NCBI GenBank assembly: GCA_951406725.2 | Contig: OX597815.1 | Span: 122,946,001-123,010,000 of the forward strand | Source of the DNA: Octopus vulgaris | Taxonomy: Eukaryota | Length of the DNA stretch: 64,000 bases | Direction of reading: 5' to 3' | Shown here: piece by piece, positions 1 through 14,698 of the stretch | Position numbering within the stretch: position 1 is the stretch's first letter | Layout of the letters: every line of letters starts with the position of its first letter | Position numbers and translations under genes: made by a program | The notes under the pieces: generated by a model | The model's input: the letters and a program-made list of their open reading frames with translations, nothing else | What the model was told of the DNA's origin: nothing | Databases searched by the model: none

Positions 1-189
1 AACTAAAATGTTACTGTGTAAATTAAAATCAAATAAGTTTTAATATTCAAATTTTATCCTTAGCTGCAATATTTTAAGTAGAAATTTTCTTGTTCTGTAC
101 TTTATCAGATGTAATAAGTTGTCCTGAGCTTTTCCAAGTGTAATAACTTGTCCTGTAATTTTTCCAGGTTTATAATCTTAAGAATACTA

Positions 190-1290
190 TTTCTCTTGCA
201 CAGGTTGGACAGTTGAACTGGCAAAGTTTCTACAGCTGGATGCCCTTCCTAATGCCAACCACTCCAAGAGTATAGTGGGTACTTTTTATGTGCCACCAGC
301 ATGAGGGCCATGCTTGAATGGTGCTTTTTACATGCCATCGGCATGGGAGCCAGTCAGGCAGCACTGGCAACAACCATGACAATGACTTCACTTGACTCAA
401 CAGGTCTTCACAAGCACAGTTTATTGCCCAATGATTGAAGGGTACTCTCAAACGGGCTGGTTATGCTGCACTGGCATAGGCCACAATTACAGTCTCACTT
501 GCCTTGCCAGGTCTTCTCATGCATAGCATATCTCCAAAGGTTTTAATCACTCGTCATCGCCTCCATGAAGCCCAGCATTCAAAGGTTGTGATTCACCACC
601 TCATCCCAGGTTTCCACAGGTTCCCTCTACTGCTAGGGTGTGACATTTTTTCACACAGCTGTCCACATCCATATGCAACACATAACCATACAGTGCAGTT
701 GTCTCTCTTGCGCACCACATCTGATGCTTCTTATGTCCAACTTTTCTATCAGGGCACTTGTTAGCCTTCCTTTGATATTGCTGCACCTCTTATGTTTCCA
801 TAGCTTACACCAGGTACATCTTATGGATTTTCTACATACGCCTTTTCTACAGATTGAGCAGGGTCATCTACCTGAAGGGATTTGTAAATTGTCTGCCTCC
901 CTACTTATTAAGACTTTGGTTTTTGCTAGATTGATTCTAAGGCCCTTTGACTCTAGACCTTTCTTCCACACCTGAAACTTCTCTAGTTCTGATAGTGATT
1001 CAGCTATTAGAGCAAGGTCATCAGCATAGAGAAGCTCCCAGGGGCACCCTGTCTTGAATTCCTCTGTTACTGCCTGAAGGACTATGATCAATAAGAGGGG
1101 GCTGAGGACTGATCCTTGGTGGACCCCTACCCCTACCCAGAATTCTTCACTATACTTGGTGCCAACCCTCACCTTACTGACAGCATTCCTGTATATGGCT
1201 TGTACAGCTCTCACTAATCACTCATCTATCCCTAGTTTCCACACTAACCACCAGAAAAGGGATCGGGGGACCCTGTCAAAGGCTACCCTC
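190..1290 (-). mobile_element. RTE-clade non-LTR retrotransposon 3' fragment (RT remnant plus 3' tail)
   Basis: ORF 864-1214(-) has RT motifs GVHQGSVLSPLL and LLYADDLAL. The lower-coordinate part matches the tail found repeatedly in the window (...ctggatgcccttcctaatgccaacc...). Confidence 0.85.
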
Positions 1291-2608
1291 AAGTTTGAGG
1301 AACAAACACTCATAACTTTTTCTTTTTAAACTTCATTACATGAAACTGATACCATGAAATTCCTTGAATTGAGCTCTATCATTTAAGATTAATTAAAATA
1401 AAGTTTGTTTTTAAAATAAAAAAGTTAATTATACTTAAATACAATTTTTTTTTCATGATATTTTACCTCATAACATTTTTGATACAAATTTTTGTTGCAT
1501 GGGAACAAAACTATGAAATTCTTCATTGAAGCTAAGATAAATATGTTTTGCTTTTAAAATAAAAAAAAACAGTTATTTAGATCCAAACTTGATCAGTGGT
1601 ATTACTTAATCTCCTATAACGTTGCTACAAATTTTGATGTAAACTTTTTTCTACTGGATCAAATCTCGATTTTTTTTTTAATGCCAAAATGTAGCTAGGG
1701 ACCAGTCCTCTTCAAAAATGTTCACAATTTGGTTAAGAACTGAATTAGCGACAAGCTCTGAAAGATACTGACTGTGGATAAATTGCAGCCTTAATAATAT
1801 TATTCAACTACTACTGTAGTTGAATGATATATCAGTTAAAAGGATTCATTAAGAATTGAGGCACATCAAAGTGTAGAATGCCACTGATTGACTAAAAGAA
1901 TCACACAGAGCAGACAATGAAAAAATCCATTATTGTAGAATTATACAAAATTGGATACTGTTATTGGGTAATTTGCAATTCCAATTATCTGATAAATTAA
2001 GAAACTCTTAATCTGGAACAAGTATAATGAATTATTGGCCAACCATCAGTTAACTATCCAATGGATGTTAAGTGTTCATTATGATGTACATATGCATCTA
2101 TGTATCTAGATATCACACGATGGTTATAAATGAGCATCACTGTTGTACAAACGGGGTTGTTTGTTTACAGTCTTCTGTTAAATATAATATTACCTTGTTT
2201 GAGACAGGTGGGGATTGCTGATAGAGAGGGGATCCAGTCATAGAAAATATGTCTCATCAAATTCCATTTGACCAATGTAAGCATGGGAAGTGGACATTAA
2301 ATGATGATGATGAATGATGAATGACCATTCAACATACAGAGATGTTTGTTAACATGGTCATTGAAATAACAGCCTATTTATTCAATATATACAATAGGTT
2401 ACAGTGTTTGCTTGTGATAAAATAAGTTGATATAATCAACTATCTTCTCCTTATATAAATTGTGGGTTCTTTGCATGTTTGTCAAACTTGAGCATATACA
2501 CTGAATATAGCTCACATGTCATGACCTGAACTCATGTTACATGCACATAAACTTCATTAAAAAAAAGCTATCCAGCTGATTAGCAGATTCACTCAATACA
2601 ACCACTAG

Positions 2609-2651
<43 letters not shown>

Positions 2652-3449
2652 TCTACTGCTACTATAATGACTTTTGATCCTGTGAATATACAAATTGTGT
2701 CTACCTTCACCCAAGACTACCTGATCCCCCATCATCTCCTGTTGTCGTCCTTACTCGTCCCATGCCCTTGCAACAAAAAACACCTCTTTATTCCTTGCTA
2801 CAATTCACTCTCAGCTCACACTATCTTTACAGGTATGAACTACATGAACAAAACTTAAATACCAGTCATATCAACCTCATCGACTCAATAAAAAATACCA
2901 CTTTGGATAAAAGGTTGCTGTCAATGGTAACAGTGATGTATAGCTAAGTGACAATGATAAAAATATGCCAAATAATATCTGAAGGATTAAAATTGTTAAT
3001 AAGGCAGATGAAGCTGACGAGTTTCTCCTTGACAAGTGGTAAATATAGGGATTTTCATGTAACAAAGAGGTCAGCCTGATTACAGCCTCCAGTAACTTGT
3101 ATTTTTTTAACATTTTCCTCTACCCCCTTTGAATTTAATACTTATATTTAATAATCATAAGTTTCATAATTTCTGACACAAATCCCAATTATTCACTTGA
3201 TGACTGACCTAGGTAACAGAAGTTTACAGAATAATTGCCACTAAAAGATATCTTGTTTTCTGGGATCTTTAATATCTCAGAGTAATGAGGTTACTGAAGC
3301 TAATATTACACAACCAACCACAGGAATGTAAAATCTTTCTTAAAAAAATGTGTTTCTCAAAGGGTACTGTTACAACTTTGTTAGGTTGTAACAGAAAATT
3401 ATATGTGTGGTAAAAACTGAAATTACTAGAAGCATTACATGTATATTGC

Positions 3450-3860
3450 ACAAGAGTGGCTGTGTGGTAAGAAGTTTGCTTCCCAACCACATGGATCTGG
3501 GTTCAGTACCACTGCATGGCATCTTGAGCATGTGCCTTCTACTATAGCCTCAGGCCAACCAAAGCCTTGTGAGTGGATTTGGTAGACAGAAACTGAAAGA
3601 AGTTTGTTATCTATCTATTTTATCTGTGTGTGTATGTGCGCATCTTTATGTCTGTGTTTGCCTCCCCTTTCCATTGCTTGACAATTAGCCCTGGTGTATT
3701 CACATCTCTGTAACTTAGCAGACTGGCATAAAGACCAATAAAATAAACACCAGGCTTAAAAAAAAGTACTGGAGGTTCAAGTCATTTGACTAAAAATTTA
3801 TCAAGGCATTGCCCCAAAACGACCACATTCTAATGACTAAAACAAGATAAAGGATAATAT
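3450..3860 (+). mobile_element. tRNA-derived SINE, family A (gtggctgtgtggtaagaagcttgcttcccaaccacatgg...)
   Basis: A/B-box-like head (TGGTAAG...GGGTTCAGTACC), central (TG)n and shared 3' tail. Many copies in the window, e.g. 6018-6395, 31657-32045, 38800-39187, 41525-41885(-), 44089-44495. Confidence 0.8.
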
Positions 3861-5559
3861 AAATACAGGAAGGAAGGAGTGTTGGTCATTTTATAAGATC
3901 AAAAGGAGCCATTTAAGCAAACACTGTTAAGAACCAGTGTTCACAAAAAATAATAGACCTTTTATTTTTTTACTTGCTGGACCTGGAGAAAAGGGCTATA
4001 CCTATTACCTTTGCATTCCCTCCTGGACCAATAAGATTGATGTTATTAAATGTTCCTTTTGAAGCTTTGAGTCAACACCTGATGGAATTACATGAATGTA
4101 GTGATTAGTGCAGGGCCTGGGAGATTGAACACTCAATGAAATAACATGGAACTTGGAAAGTATATTTGAGATAACCTTCACAATAAATACTCTGCAAGAA
4201 AACCTGAAGATCAGAACTGTGGGTACTATAGAATAAAGATAACAAAGAAGAGACTTCTTATTTTTACTGGTGGTGCAGAGGCAATAACAAAACCATCTGA
4301 ATCAACTGAATAACTGAATCTAGAGAGGATGCAGATATATGGAGATGATGCAATTATATCCAGAGGATCCACATATAATAATTACCTTAAGTGTTTGTTC
4401 ACTACCATATAAATGATATAGTGTTGAAGTAGGAGGCTGTTGAATAATAAATATAACAGACATTTTATTTTTGATTTAGTTTTAGTATATTTTCTCTTAT
4501 ATTTGTGTGTGTGCATGTGCATGCATGGCCTGGCCCTCAGTCGTTTACGATGATGAGTGTTCCAGATGATTCAGTCAATGGAATAACCTGCTCAGGAAAT
4601 GTGTGAGTGGCTGAGCATTACACAGAAATGCATACACTTAACATAGTTCTCAAGAGAGATTCAGCATGATACAGAAAGTGACAAGGCTGGTCCTTTGAAT
4701 TACTCATTTTTGTCACTTGAGTGGATGGGAGCAATATGAAATAAAGTGTCTTGCCCAAGGACACAATATGATGGCAGGAATCCAGCTCACAACCTTATGA
4801 TTGTGAGCCAAGTACCCTGACTACTAAGCCATATACTGTCATATACATACCCATCCACACACACACATGTAATCCTTTCATTTTAATAATTTTATGGCCT
4901 GATTTCCATGTTAGCACAGATTGGTCAAATATATTATTGAGCTTTTGTTTTGCAGCCAAATGTTCTTCCTGTCACAAATGCTTACGTGATTTTCAGGTAA
5001 GGGATCTCTTTTTTTTAAACAACTTCAAAGGCAAGAAACAAATAGATTATTTTTTGACAGAATTAACAATAGCAACAGTGCTTGTAGCTCATAAATTTTG
5101 TAGACCATAAATAAATACAAACACAACAGGCTTCTTTCATTTTCTGTCTTCCAAATTCACTTACAAGGCTTTGGTCCAAGCTTGGGTTAAAACAGAAAAC
5201 ACCTGACCAAGGTGTTGTACAGTAGAACTGAACCAAAGTCACATGATGGGCAGCTATACAGTGTATATGTATGTACATGTTTGTGTGTGTGTGTTTGTGT
5301 CTGTCCATCTGTCTGTATATGCTGGCATTGGTTGGACAGTTTGACTTGAGCACCGCTATACCAGTGTATATATGTACATACATGTGTGTGTGTCTGTCTG
5401 TATATGCTGGCATGGGTTGAATGGTTTGACCTGAGCAGGCAAGCTGGAGAGCTGCACCAGGCTCTAGTCTGATTTGGCATGGTTTCTATGGCTGGACACC
5501 CTTTCTAACACCAAACACTTTACAGAGTGTGCTGGGTGCTTTTATGTGGAACTGCATGA

Positions 5560-7280
5560 GTGCTTCAAACAAGAAAAGATTTTGCTTCCTTCTCATGGGA
5601 AGACCTTGGTATTAAGCTGAACTCTAACTATAAATTGATCAACAAAGTATTTTGTTAGATCATATGCTGACTTGTCATTAAGAATTTGACTAGTGTTCTC
5701 TCTACAGAGAAGAGTTTCCTTGGGAGGTGGGAAAAACACTTGCTGATCTCTTAAATTCAGTTGCAATAAAATCTCTTGGAGGACATGAGATGCATCTAGA
5801 GGCAAAGACTAACCACACAGAAGTTAAAGTCAGAGATGGTTAAAGTACTCAAATGTGACAAGACTACTGGGGAAGAATGAAATTCAGCCTGAGATACTAA
5901 AAGTCCCAAAATCAGAGAAGGTATTCTGATTGGCTTGTATATGCCAGGTCACTTGAACCCTTAGAAAGACACCAAAGCAATGGCAATCCAAACTGATAAT
6001 TTTAAAAACGTGAGAGAGACACAGGTGTGGCTTTGTGGTAAGAAGCTTGCTTCCTAACTACATGGATCTGGGTTCATTCCCACAGCATGGTACTCTGGAG
6101 AAGTGTCTTCTACTATAGCCCCAGGCCAACCAAAGTCTTGTGAGTGGATTTGGTAAACCAAAACTGAAAGAAGCCAGTTGTATATATATTTATGTGTGAG
6201 TTTTTGTGTTTGTCCCCCAGCACCACTTGACAACTGCTGTTGGTGTGTTTACATCCCTGTAATTTAGTAGATAGAATAAGTACAAGGCTTAAAAGAAATA
6301 AGTACTGGGGTCAATTCATATGACTAAAAATTCTTCAAGGTGGTGCCCCAGTATAGCCACAATCTAAGGACTGAAACAAGTAAAATATAAAAGACAAGAG
6401 AGAGTGCTCTAATTATAGAGGAATCTCTTTGTTGAACTTCCTGGTAAAGTCTATTCTAGATGCCTGGGAAAGAGATGTAGGTAACAGTCAAACCCAAGCT
6501 ACATGAAGAAAAGAGTGCTTTCTATCTTGGAAGCAGCACAACTGACCAAATGTTCACTTTAAAGCAGGTCATCAAGAAACTGTGGGAATATTGCTAAGAG
6601 ATGTGCACTTGGTTTGTAAATCTCGACAAGGTGTAGTACTACATGCCCTGCGACATACTGCAGAGGGCTTTGCAGGAGTTTGGGATTAACATGCAGTTTC
6701 TAGTTGCCATGGTGTTCCTTTACAAATGCCTTGATGTCTGTGTTCAGGTAAATGGTGCTAAGCTAAAACTTTTCAACATGTGTGTTGGCAGGGGTGTGTA
6801 TTGTCACCTCATTAGGTGATCTCCAACATGCACTGAATTGATTTGCTGTCGATTGCTGCAAGGCAGAGATGAAAATTAGCAATGCAAAGACTGAGGCTTT
6901 GATTCTGTCAAGAAAATCTTTCCTGTGCACTCTGTATGCTAGTGGAACACCACTAAGACAAGTGAAGAAGTATCTCAGGGCCATATTCACAAATGACAGA
7001 AGGCAAGAGGTTGAAATAGATGCTAGGATTGCAGATGCAAGCACAGTAATGCACAAGCTCCAGCATTTGATCTTCAGAAAATGAAAGGTTGATAAAAAAG
7101 CCAAAACTGCATCTTCAGTTTGGTTTCTGTGCTTATCTTCACTCATGGTCATGAATGTTGGGTAATGACTGAAAGAGTACAATTGCAAATGCTTGCAACT
7201 GAAATGGGGTCCTCTGAAGGATCTCAGGGCGTCTCTCCAGATCAAGATACTGCTTCTCTGTACTGAGAAGTCACAGCTCT
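5560..7280 (+). mobile_element. Degenerate RTE-type LINE ORF remnant, interrupted by a SINE at about 6018-6395
   Basis: Translatable remnants NEIQPEILK, NYRGISLLN, TDQMFTLKQVIKKLWEY and EIDARIADAS, with many stops and frameshifts. Confidence 0.7.
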
Positions 7281-8256
7281 GCTATTATCATCATCATCAC
7301 CGTTTAATGTCCACCTTCCATGCTAACATGGGTGGGACAGTTCACAAGAGCCGGCCATGCAGAAGCCTACACAAGACTTCTGTGACTGTTTTGGCAGGAT
7401 TTTTACAGCTGGATGCTCTTCCTAACACCAACCACTCAGCAGAGTGGATTTAGTGCTTTTTACGTGGCACAAGCACAAGTGAGGTCAGTTTTGGCAAGGT
7501 TTACAGCCAGATGTCCTTCACTCACTTTACAGTGTGGACTGGGTGCTTTTAAGTAGCACCTGCATTGACAGGGTCACCAAGTATGAAAAAAAAATTTTGA
7601 AGAGCAGAGGAGGCATTGGAGGAGGTGATCTTTGTTGGATGATGAAAGATTATAGTGAGACAGATACAGTTTGTCTTGTAGTAGCGATAGTACAAGGTTA
7701 CCTGTCCGGAGAAAGAGAGAGAGAGAGAGATCAGGAATGAAGACAGAAACAAGTGCACAACTGCAAAGGAAATATATGGTTACCCAAACTGAGGGAAGTG
7801 CAGGAGAAGAGAGAGAGTAAGAGACAGTAAAATAGAGATGGTGGCAAAATGCCAGACATACTCACAAGGAACAGGGATCATAATATAAATAGGATAGTTG
7901 AATAAAGGAAGAGAGAGATATAGATGGTGGCAAGTGCCAGAGCAAACCTTTGCAGTTCCAACACCATAATATAAGTGGCAGGATATTGTGAAGAAAGTGT
8001 GATTAAAGAGTACAAGTGACGAAAAACCTGGGTATATATAGAGTGTGTGTGTGGAGGGCTACTGGATAGCAATGATACAAATGAACATGGCCATGAGGAT
8101 AGGATTGGGGAGGGAGAGCTAGCTATAGTGTATGAAATGTGAGAAAGAGATGTGGAGATGTAGATTGGTTTGTTGGGGTAGGGTGAGGGAAAAGTTTTCT
8201 TGTTACATGTGGCTGGAACACACAGGTTGGGGGCTAGCAGATAGCAATAATAAAAA

Positions 8257-8489
8257 GGCGGCGAGCTAGCAGAAACGTTAGCATGCTGAGCAAAATGCTT
8301 AGCGGTATTTCATCTGCTGTTACGTTCTGAGTTCAAATTCTGCCGAGGTCAACTGTGTCTTTCATCCTTTCGGGGTCAATAAATTAAGTACCAGTTAGAC
8401 ACTGGGGTCTATATAATCGACTTAATCTCTTTGTCTGTCCTTGTTTGTCTCCTCTATGTTTAGCTCCTTGTGGGCAATAAAGAAATAAG
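8257..8489 (+). mobile_element. tRNA-derived SINE, family B (ggcggcgagctggcagaaacgttagc...gagttcaaattc...)
   Basis: B-box GAGTTCAAATTC and conserved core ctttcatcctttcggggtc...aagtaccagt. Copies at about 10510-10650(-), 21400-21616, 31021-31237, 43686-43815, 51725-51930(-), 59400-59630(-). Confidence 0.8.
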
Positions 8490-11400
8490 ATAGTAATAAT
8501 ACAGTGAGACAGGGCATGTGGATAGAACACACAGGTCAGAAGCAAGCAGAGAGCAATGATACAGTGGCACAGAGTCAAGAGGACAGGATTGGGGAGTGGG
8601 AGGTAAGCATAGAACATGAAGTGGAAATGTGAGGAAGAGATATAGAGACGTAGTTTGGTTTGTTGTAGTAGAGTGTGTGAGAAGTTTTCTTGTTAAGTGT
8701 CGGTGGGACACACAGCACTTCTAGAACTCAGTTTCGCTGACGTGGGCGGGTCATCTCAAGAACTTCATATTGTTAAACATCTCGGTCCATTGTTATTTCC
8801 TCTGTGAGACCCAACTTTCTGTGATCGGTCCTTACCACTTCATCCCATGTATTCCTGGGTTTCCCACTTCCATGGGCACTGTCCACTTTCAGTGATTGGC
8901 ACCTTCTTTATGCAGCTGTCCTCATTCATATGCATCACATGTCCAAAGCAATGTAGTCTTCTCTCTTGCATGCTACATCTGATTCCTCTATTATCTCAAT
9001 TTCAACCACTCCAATGTTTCAACAGGTTCATTATTTTAAGAGAAGAATGAACAGAGATAAGGTAGGGTGGAAGGGATAGCCAAAACTAAAATACACTATT
9101 CATTAATAATTCAAGACATGGACTCCAGAAGCTACATTGCAAGGCTACACACCTATGAGAGCAATACCCAACTAAAAACAGTACAAATTAGAGGGAATCC
9201 TTTAGTTCTTGTGTAAAGAAACCTCTTTGCTGCTGGTGGCATGATAAGCTCTGTACACCTAGTACATGTTATAAAGTGGTTAGTGATAGGAAGGACATCT
9301 TGTAGAAAACCTGCCTACCTAAGAAATCAGTTATTCCAGATAAGAACAAATTCAGGGAAGAAAGAAGACATCAATCCCCTTCATGTGGGACAAGCTCTCT
9401 ATTGCCACTAGCACAATAAAATACATCCAGTTCACACTATAAAACACAATACCAAGGGTGGCAGGTTGTTGTTTAGCTCCAAGTTCACGTATGTGAACTC
9501 AAATCAACCTCTATAAGACTAAGTATATTTTACATACAAAATCAGGACATAAATCCCTGTATTGCCCATGATTTCCAGCATCTCTTCCTACACAGGAGAT
9601 TAAAAGATGATACGAGAAGGATGTTATTCTTGTAGGTTAATTGTAGCTGGAGAAGAAAAACGAGCTGAAAGTGTGTACACCTAAAACGCAGTTGAGGAAA
9701 AATTGTTTTGAATGTTGCCTGGAATGACACAATAAAGTGTGCAAAATGCGGGGGAGGAGAGACGGATTCACTGACTTGAATAGAAGTAGCGGTAGAGGAA
9801 ACAGCGACAGATAGAGCTGTAAGCTCAAAACTTACTTATTTGGTAGACTGTGAAAGATTTTAGGGTAGGGTACAATCTAGCGTGTTCAGGAAGATGGTGG
9901 GGTATAGTCATCTCATGCAAAAATACCTGAGTACATTTTCATCTTAGACAAACCAATCAATTTCCCTACCTACAAAATTAGTCTTGTGACTAATCAAAAT
10001 AAATTATTAGTTTTGTTTGTTTGTTTTTTCAATATTTATTTTAAGATTTAACGCGATCATGACTTTAAGGGGTTTAGATTCAAATGGAAAAAGCAAGTAA
10101 ATTGCATTTCATTGTCTCTTCATCTGAAAAATGAAGATTTAAAAAAATTAATGAAGACATTAAAAAATATTAAAAATAAAAGAAAATCAATACTCCATGT
10201 CAGTTATCAATTTAACCATCCAATTATCTCGAGTTATATTGTTCAATATATTTTCCCATCAATACATGTTTACAACGATAGTGAACATCGTATCAACGCC
10301 ACACCGATATATCTAGAATTAACAAAAATAAGCACCATTTTTTAAATAGGGAGTCCGCTTTGTACCAAGACAAAAGAAAAATTACTCTTCCAATACCTAA
10401 TAAATCGCTATGGCTATATATACAAAATAATTATTTTATATGTACAAATATTCGTTACAATTAAAGTGTGTATATATATATAAGTGCCAATGAACGAAAC
10501 TTTCGGCCCTTACCTCAACCCCAGTGCACCTCCAGTACTTATTTCATCGACCCCGAAAGGATGAAAGGCAAAGTCGACCGCGGCGAAATATGAACTCAGA
10601 ACGTAAAGACGAACGAAATGCCGCCAAGCATTTTGTCCGACGTGCTGTCAAAAATTAACTATATATAATATGCATACATAAACTCATAATTCGAGTTCTA
10701 TTTTTCTGTTAGCATCACCAAGCCTATATATATAAATATATATGTGTGTGTGTGTTTCCAAAATGAGATACAAAGTTTGGATGAGAGCCAAGCGCGAAAC
10801 TCGGATGCCCCACTCAATATCTATTTGTATTACTTTAATAATACAATATTAGTAACAAATTCAGGAATATATAATTGTTTTTCAGCTTTTCAAAAATGTT
10901 GTTTCTGATTTAGATCTAATAAGTCCGGCATCTATATATTCAAATAGTTGCTCACAAGATGTTAAATAGAAAGTTGTCTTCAAGTACACATTAGGAAGAT
11001 AGAAAGACACACTGAAGTCTATATAAACAATAAACATACCTGGCCGTAACAACGTGGTCAACGCCATCGACTTATTGCTATATTCCGGTGGTACGGAATG
11101 ATCTTATATATCAACACCAGTAATAAATATATGTGCCCAGTTTTAAGAAGATTATCCAAATTAGATCATTTACCAAACTGGGTCGTGAGATGAAAAAAAA
11201 GTAGAATAACCTACCTCACTTCAATGAAAATCAAAACTGTTTAATTAAAGAAGTACATGTGAGAGTGGGGAGTGACGAGAATCTCGAAATAAAACAAAAG
11301 TGAAAATAATTCACATAATATTTTTAAATTTGAAGTCTATTTAATGCAATTTTACTTAAAATGAAATACGAAAAATACCAGTGCAATGATTTTTTTTGTC

Positions 11401-11616
11401 TATAAAATAAATGTATTTATATTCTCTCGTCTGCGATATTTAACTGACGTTAAACATAATTTAGTTCGCAACAACAATGGCGATAAGTGTTTTAAAATAT
11501 TGACCACAGTGTTTAACATTTATATATAAAAGAGACGTCTAAGATGAGAAAAATCGCAGATAACCGTGAGGGAATATATTTACTTCTATCAAAGGGGCAC
11601 ATTTTGTCTGGCTGTG

Positions 11617-11927
11617 ATGTTCAAAAACTTCGTGATTCCTCCACAATCGGAGAATGGAGTCCTGGAATCACCTATGGCAACAATCGAAAGTCAATCTTCA
11701 TACGAGGGTTCGACACAAACCCGATGCTTAAATGCAGAAAAGCAATTGATGGAGTTGCCTGAAGATATACTTTATCTATTGTTTCGTTACTTGGATCTTT
11801 GTTCCTTGGGACGCCTATGCCGTGTTTGTCGGAAACTGCGTCGTCTGATATATACAGATAGTGTATGGCTGCGATTCACCAGACAACAGATGGTGATTAA
11901 AGATCTGGGTCATCGGCCTAAAGGCAA
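11617..11927 (+). CDS. FBXW4: FBXW4 coding exon 1 (F-box domain)
   Basis: LMELPEDILYLLFRYLDLCSLGRLCRVCRKLRRL; phase-2 donor AA|gtacgt. The start ATG is ambiguous (11617 or 11674). Confidence 0.88.
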
Positions 11928-11982
11928 GTACGTATCTCACTTCTAATCATTCTCTAGTTTCTTTCTCTCTCACAACACACAC

Positions 11983-12038
<56 letters not shown>

Positions 12039-14632
12039 CATATAATGTATACAAGCTATTTAAAAACAATTACTCTGGTCTATGTCAAAATCATGTCAAA
12101 TATTTTCAAGCGAGGGTGTTGGCATTCCTTATGATCTTCATTTGTTTCTTAAATCAACATATCCTTCAGGGTAAAAAGTGACATTTTAAACCGACACTGT
12201 ACTGTCATTTATACTAAAACAATATGATGTATGCCTCAAATCTTATTTGATCGAAATTTTGGAAATACTAATCAATTGCTCCTTCATTAAACCCTTAGCA
12301 TCTCGACATAGAAAGTATGTTAGCGATTATCGTCCTTTACATCTTTACGTGGACCAGTTAGAAAAAATTGACCAAATCACCAGCTTATGAAAATTTGATG
12401 TCTCACGAAAGATATCTAGAACCCTGAAAGATTGATGACGGCATAATAAGCAGGCAAACATTTCGAAAGATCGCCTGTCGATTCCGAAGCGATTTAAACT
12501 TAGAAGAATCAGCTGGAAGGAATACCGCAAGACAAAACTATCAGAAACACAACACAGATACTCAACCAGACCCGTCAAAGAAGCAGGCTATTCGATGAAT
12601 CACCCTCAGTCCTTATGATGGCTACTGAAGCGACTGCATATCGGAATTAGCCAGGTGACCCCTGCCCACGACGCCCACGATGACTGTGCTCCTACTCACC
12701 TTGAAGGTGCTTCAGGTGCAGTGCCGGATTTTAGATAGATGAGGCCCTGTGCTAGTTAAGTTATGAGGCCCCTTACTCAGGCATACATACTCAGGAAATT
12801 CATCGTAAAAAATTCTTTGGATAGGAAGATGGGCCCGCCTGGTGCCCTCCCCGCCAAAGCAGCTGGTCTTGTGCCTAAATTTCATAATAGAGTGTATAGT
12901 TCTTTGTGATAAAACTATAACTCTCCTCATAAATATTAGTGTTTCTTGATTATAAAAACTACCATAAAGTATATTGATAATACAACTTATGCATGAAATT
13001 TTGTTGTATCTCGGGAGGGTCATTATGCTAATGATAAATGCATGCATAGGCTTTATTTCACTTCTTTATTATTTGTCCATCGTTTAACTAGTCAAGCAAT
13101 TAATCGATTGTTTGATCAGTCGTTCAGTTAATCAACCATGTTTGTCAAAGTCTGTTCATTGCCCTTCATGACTGACGACCACAAGGATTGTTGCACCAAA
13201 CCGCCTAAGGCAGCTGTTTTGAAAAGTTTTCAGGCCTTTTGTTTCATGAAAATACTTTTGTTTTTGAAATTAATAAATTTATTTCCATTAGTCCAATTTT
13301 GTTTAATTTGTTACATCTCTTTTGTTCTGTAATGGAGCTTAAGGATGTTTTCAAAACAAACAGTCGCATTTGGTTTACAACTGTTTTTACCGCCTAAAAT
13401 AGTAAAGATGCCATGAACTGCACTTTCCTCATCAAGCATTTTCTTCCAATGGATTCCCTCATATGAAAACCCAAACAAAAGTCTCTTCTAGACAAAAGTT
13501 GCATTTAGTTTATGTACCTTTGCAATTTCTTTTATGATCCTGGTTTGAAAAACTCTGGTGTATGATCTGTATCCAATATCCTTGTGCACTACATGTCTGA
13601 TAACAGGCTGTTCAACGAGGTGGAGTTGTTGATTATGCCCTGGACTTACCTGGTTGTCCTAACCTCTGATCTCTAAGAATGTTCCTTTCTTTTGGTCTCA
13701 CATGACACATCCTCACCAAAGGCTTCCATCTCTTTGCCAATGCTGAACAAGAAGAACTTGGCCTTATTCAAGAAACAGGTAATCTCTAAATCAGTGTAGT
13801 CAATGGCTAGAGTGTGACCTCAGCATGACTTTTCATTTCTTTTGCTAGATTGGTATCTGCCATGTTGATGCTGCTGGTGCATCTAAAAGACAAATGTGGA
13901 ACTTAAAATTTAGTATGATATCCTGCAACATTATATAAGATTGTCTTCTATTTATGGTCATCAAAAGTTTGTTCACAAATATCCAGCACACCCTGCATGT
14001 AAATAATATACCATTATCATCAGCATCATTTAGCATCCATTTTCCATGCTGGCATGGGTTAGATGGTTTAACTGGAACTGGTTAGCCAGAGAGCTATACC
14101 AGGCTCCAGTCTGATTTAGCTTGATTTCTATGGCTGGATGCCCTTCCAAATGCCAACCACTCCAAGAGTGTAGTGAGTGCCTTTTATGTGTCACCAGCAC
14201 TGGCCACAACTATGATTTCACTTGGCTTGCATGTCTCCTCAAACACAACAACTTGCCAAAGGTCTTGATCACTTGTCATCACCTTCATGAGATCCAACAT
14301 CCAACGATCATGCTTCACCACCTCATCCCATGTCTTCCTGGGTCTACCTCTTCCACAAAACCAATGCCAGTATGAAAAATAGATGTTAAATGATGATGAT
14401 AATGAGAATTCATCATCGTTTAACATCTGCTTTCCATGCTAGCACGGGTTGGACGATTTGACTGAGGACTGATATCATCATCATCATTTAGCGTCCGCTT
14501 TCCATGCTAGCATGGGTTGGATGGTTCAACTGGGGTCTGTGAAGCTGGAAGGCTTCATCAGGCCCAGTCAGATCTGGCAGTGTTTCTACGGCTGGATGCC
14601 CTTCCTAACGCCAACCACTCCGTGAGTGTAGT

Positions 14633-14698
<66 letters not shown>

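Noticed and set aside
2877-3113. 78-aa hydrophobic ORF on the minus strand
   Set aside because: No recognisable homology or convincing splice sites.
8257-8350. tRNA-like A/B boxes
   Set aside because: SINE heads that do not form a cloverleaf; not tRNA genes.
11921-11929. Possible GC-AG donor AAG|gcaagt for FBXW4 exon 1
   Set aside because: It gives phase 1 and an early TGA in exon 2; the GT donor at 11928 restores the frame.
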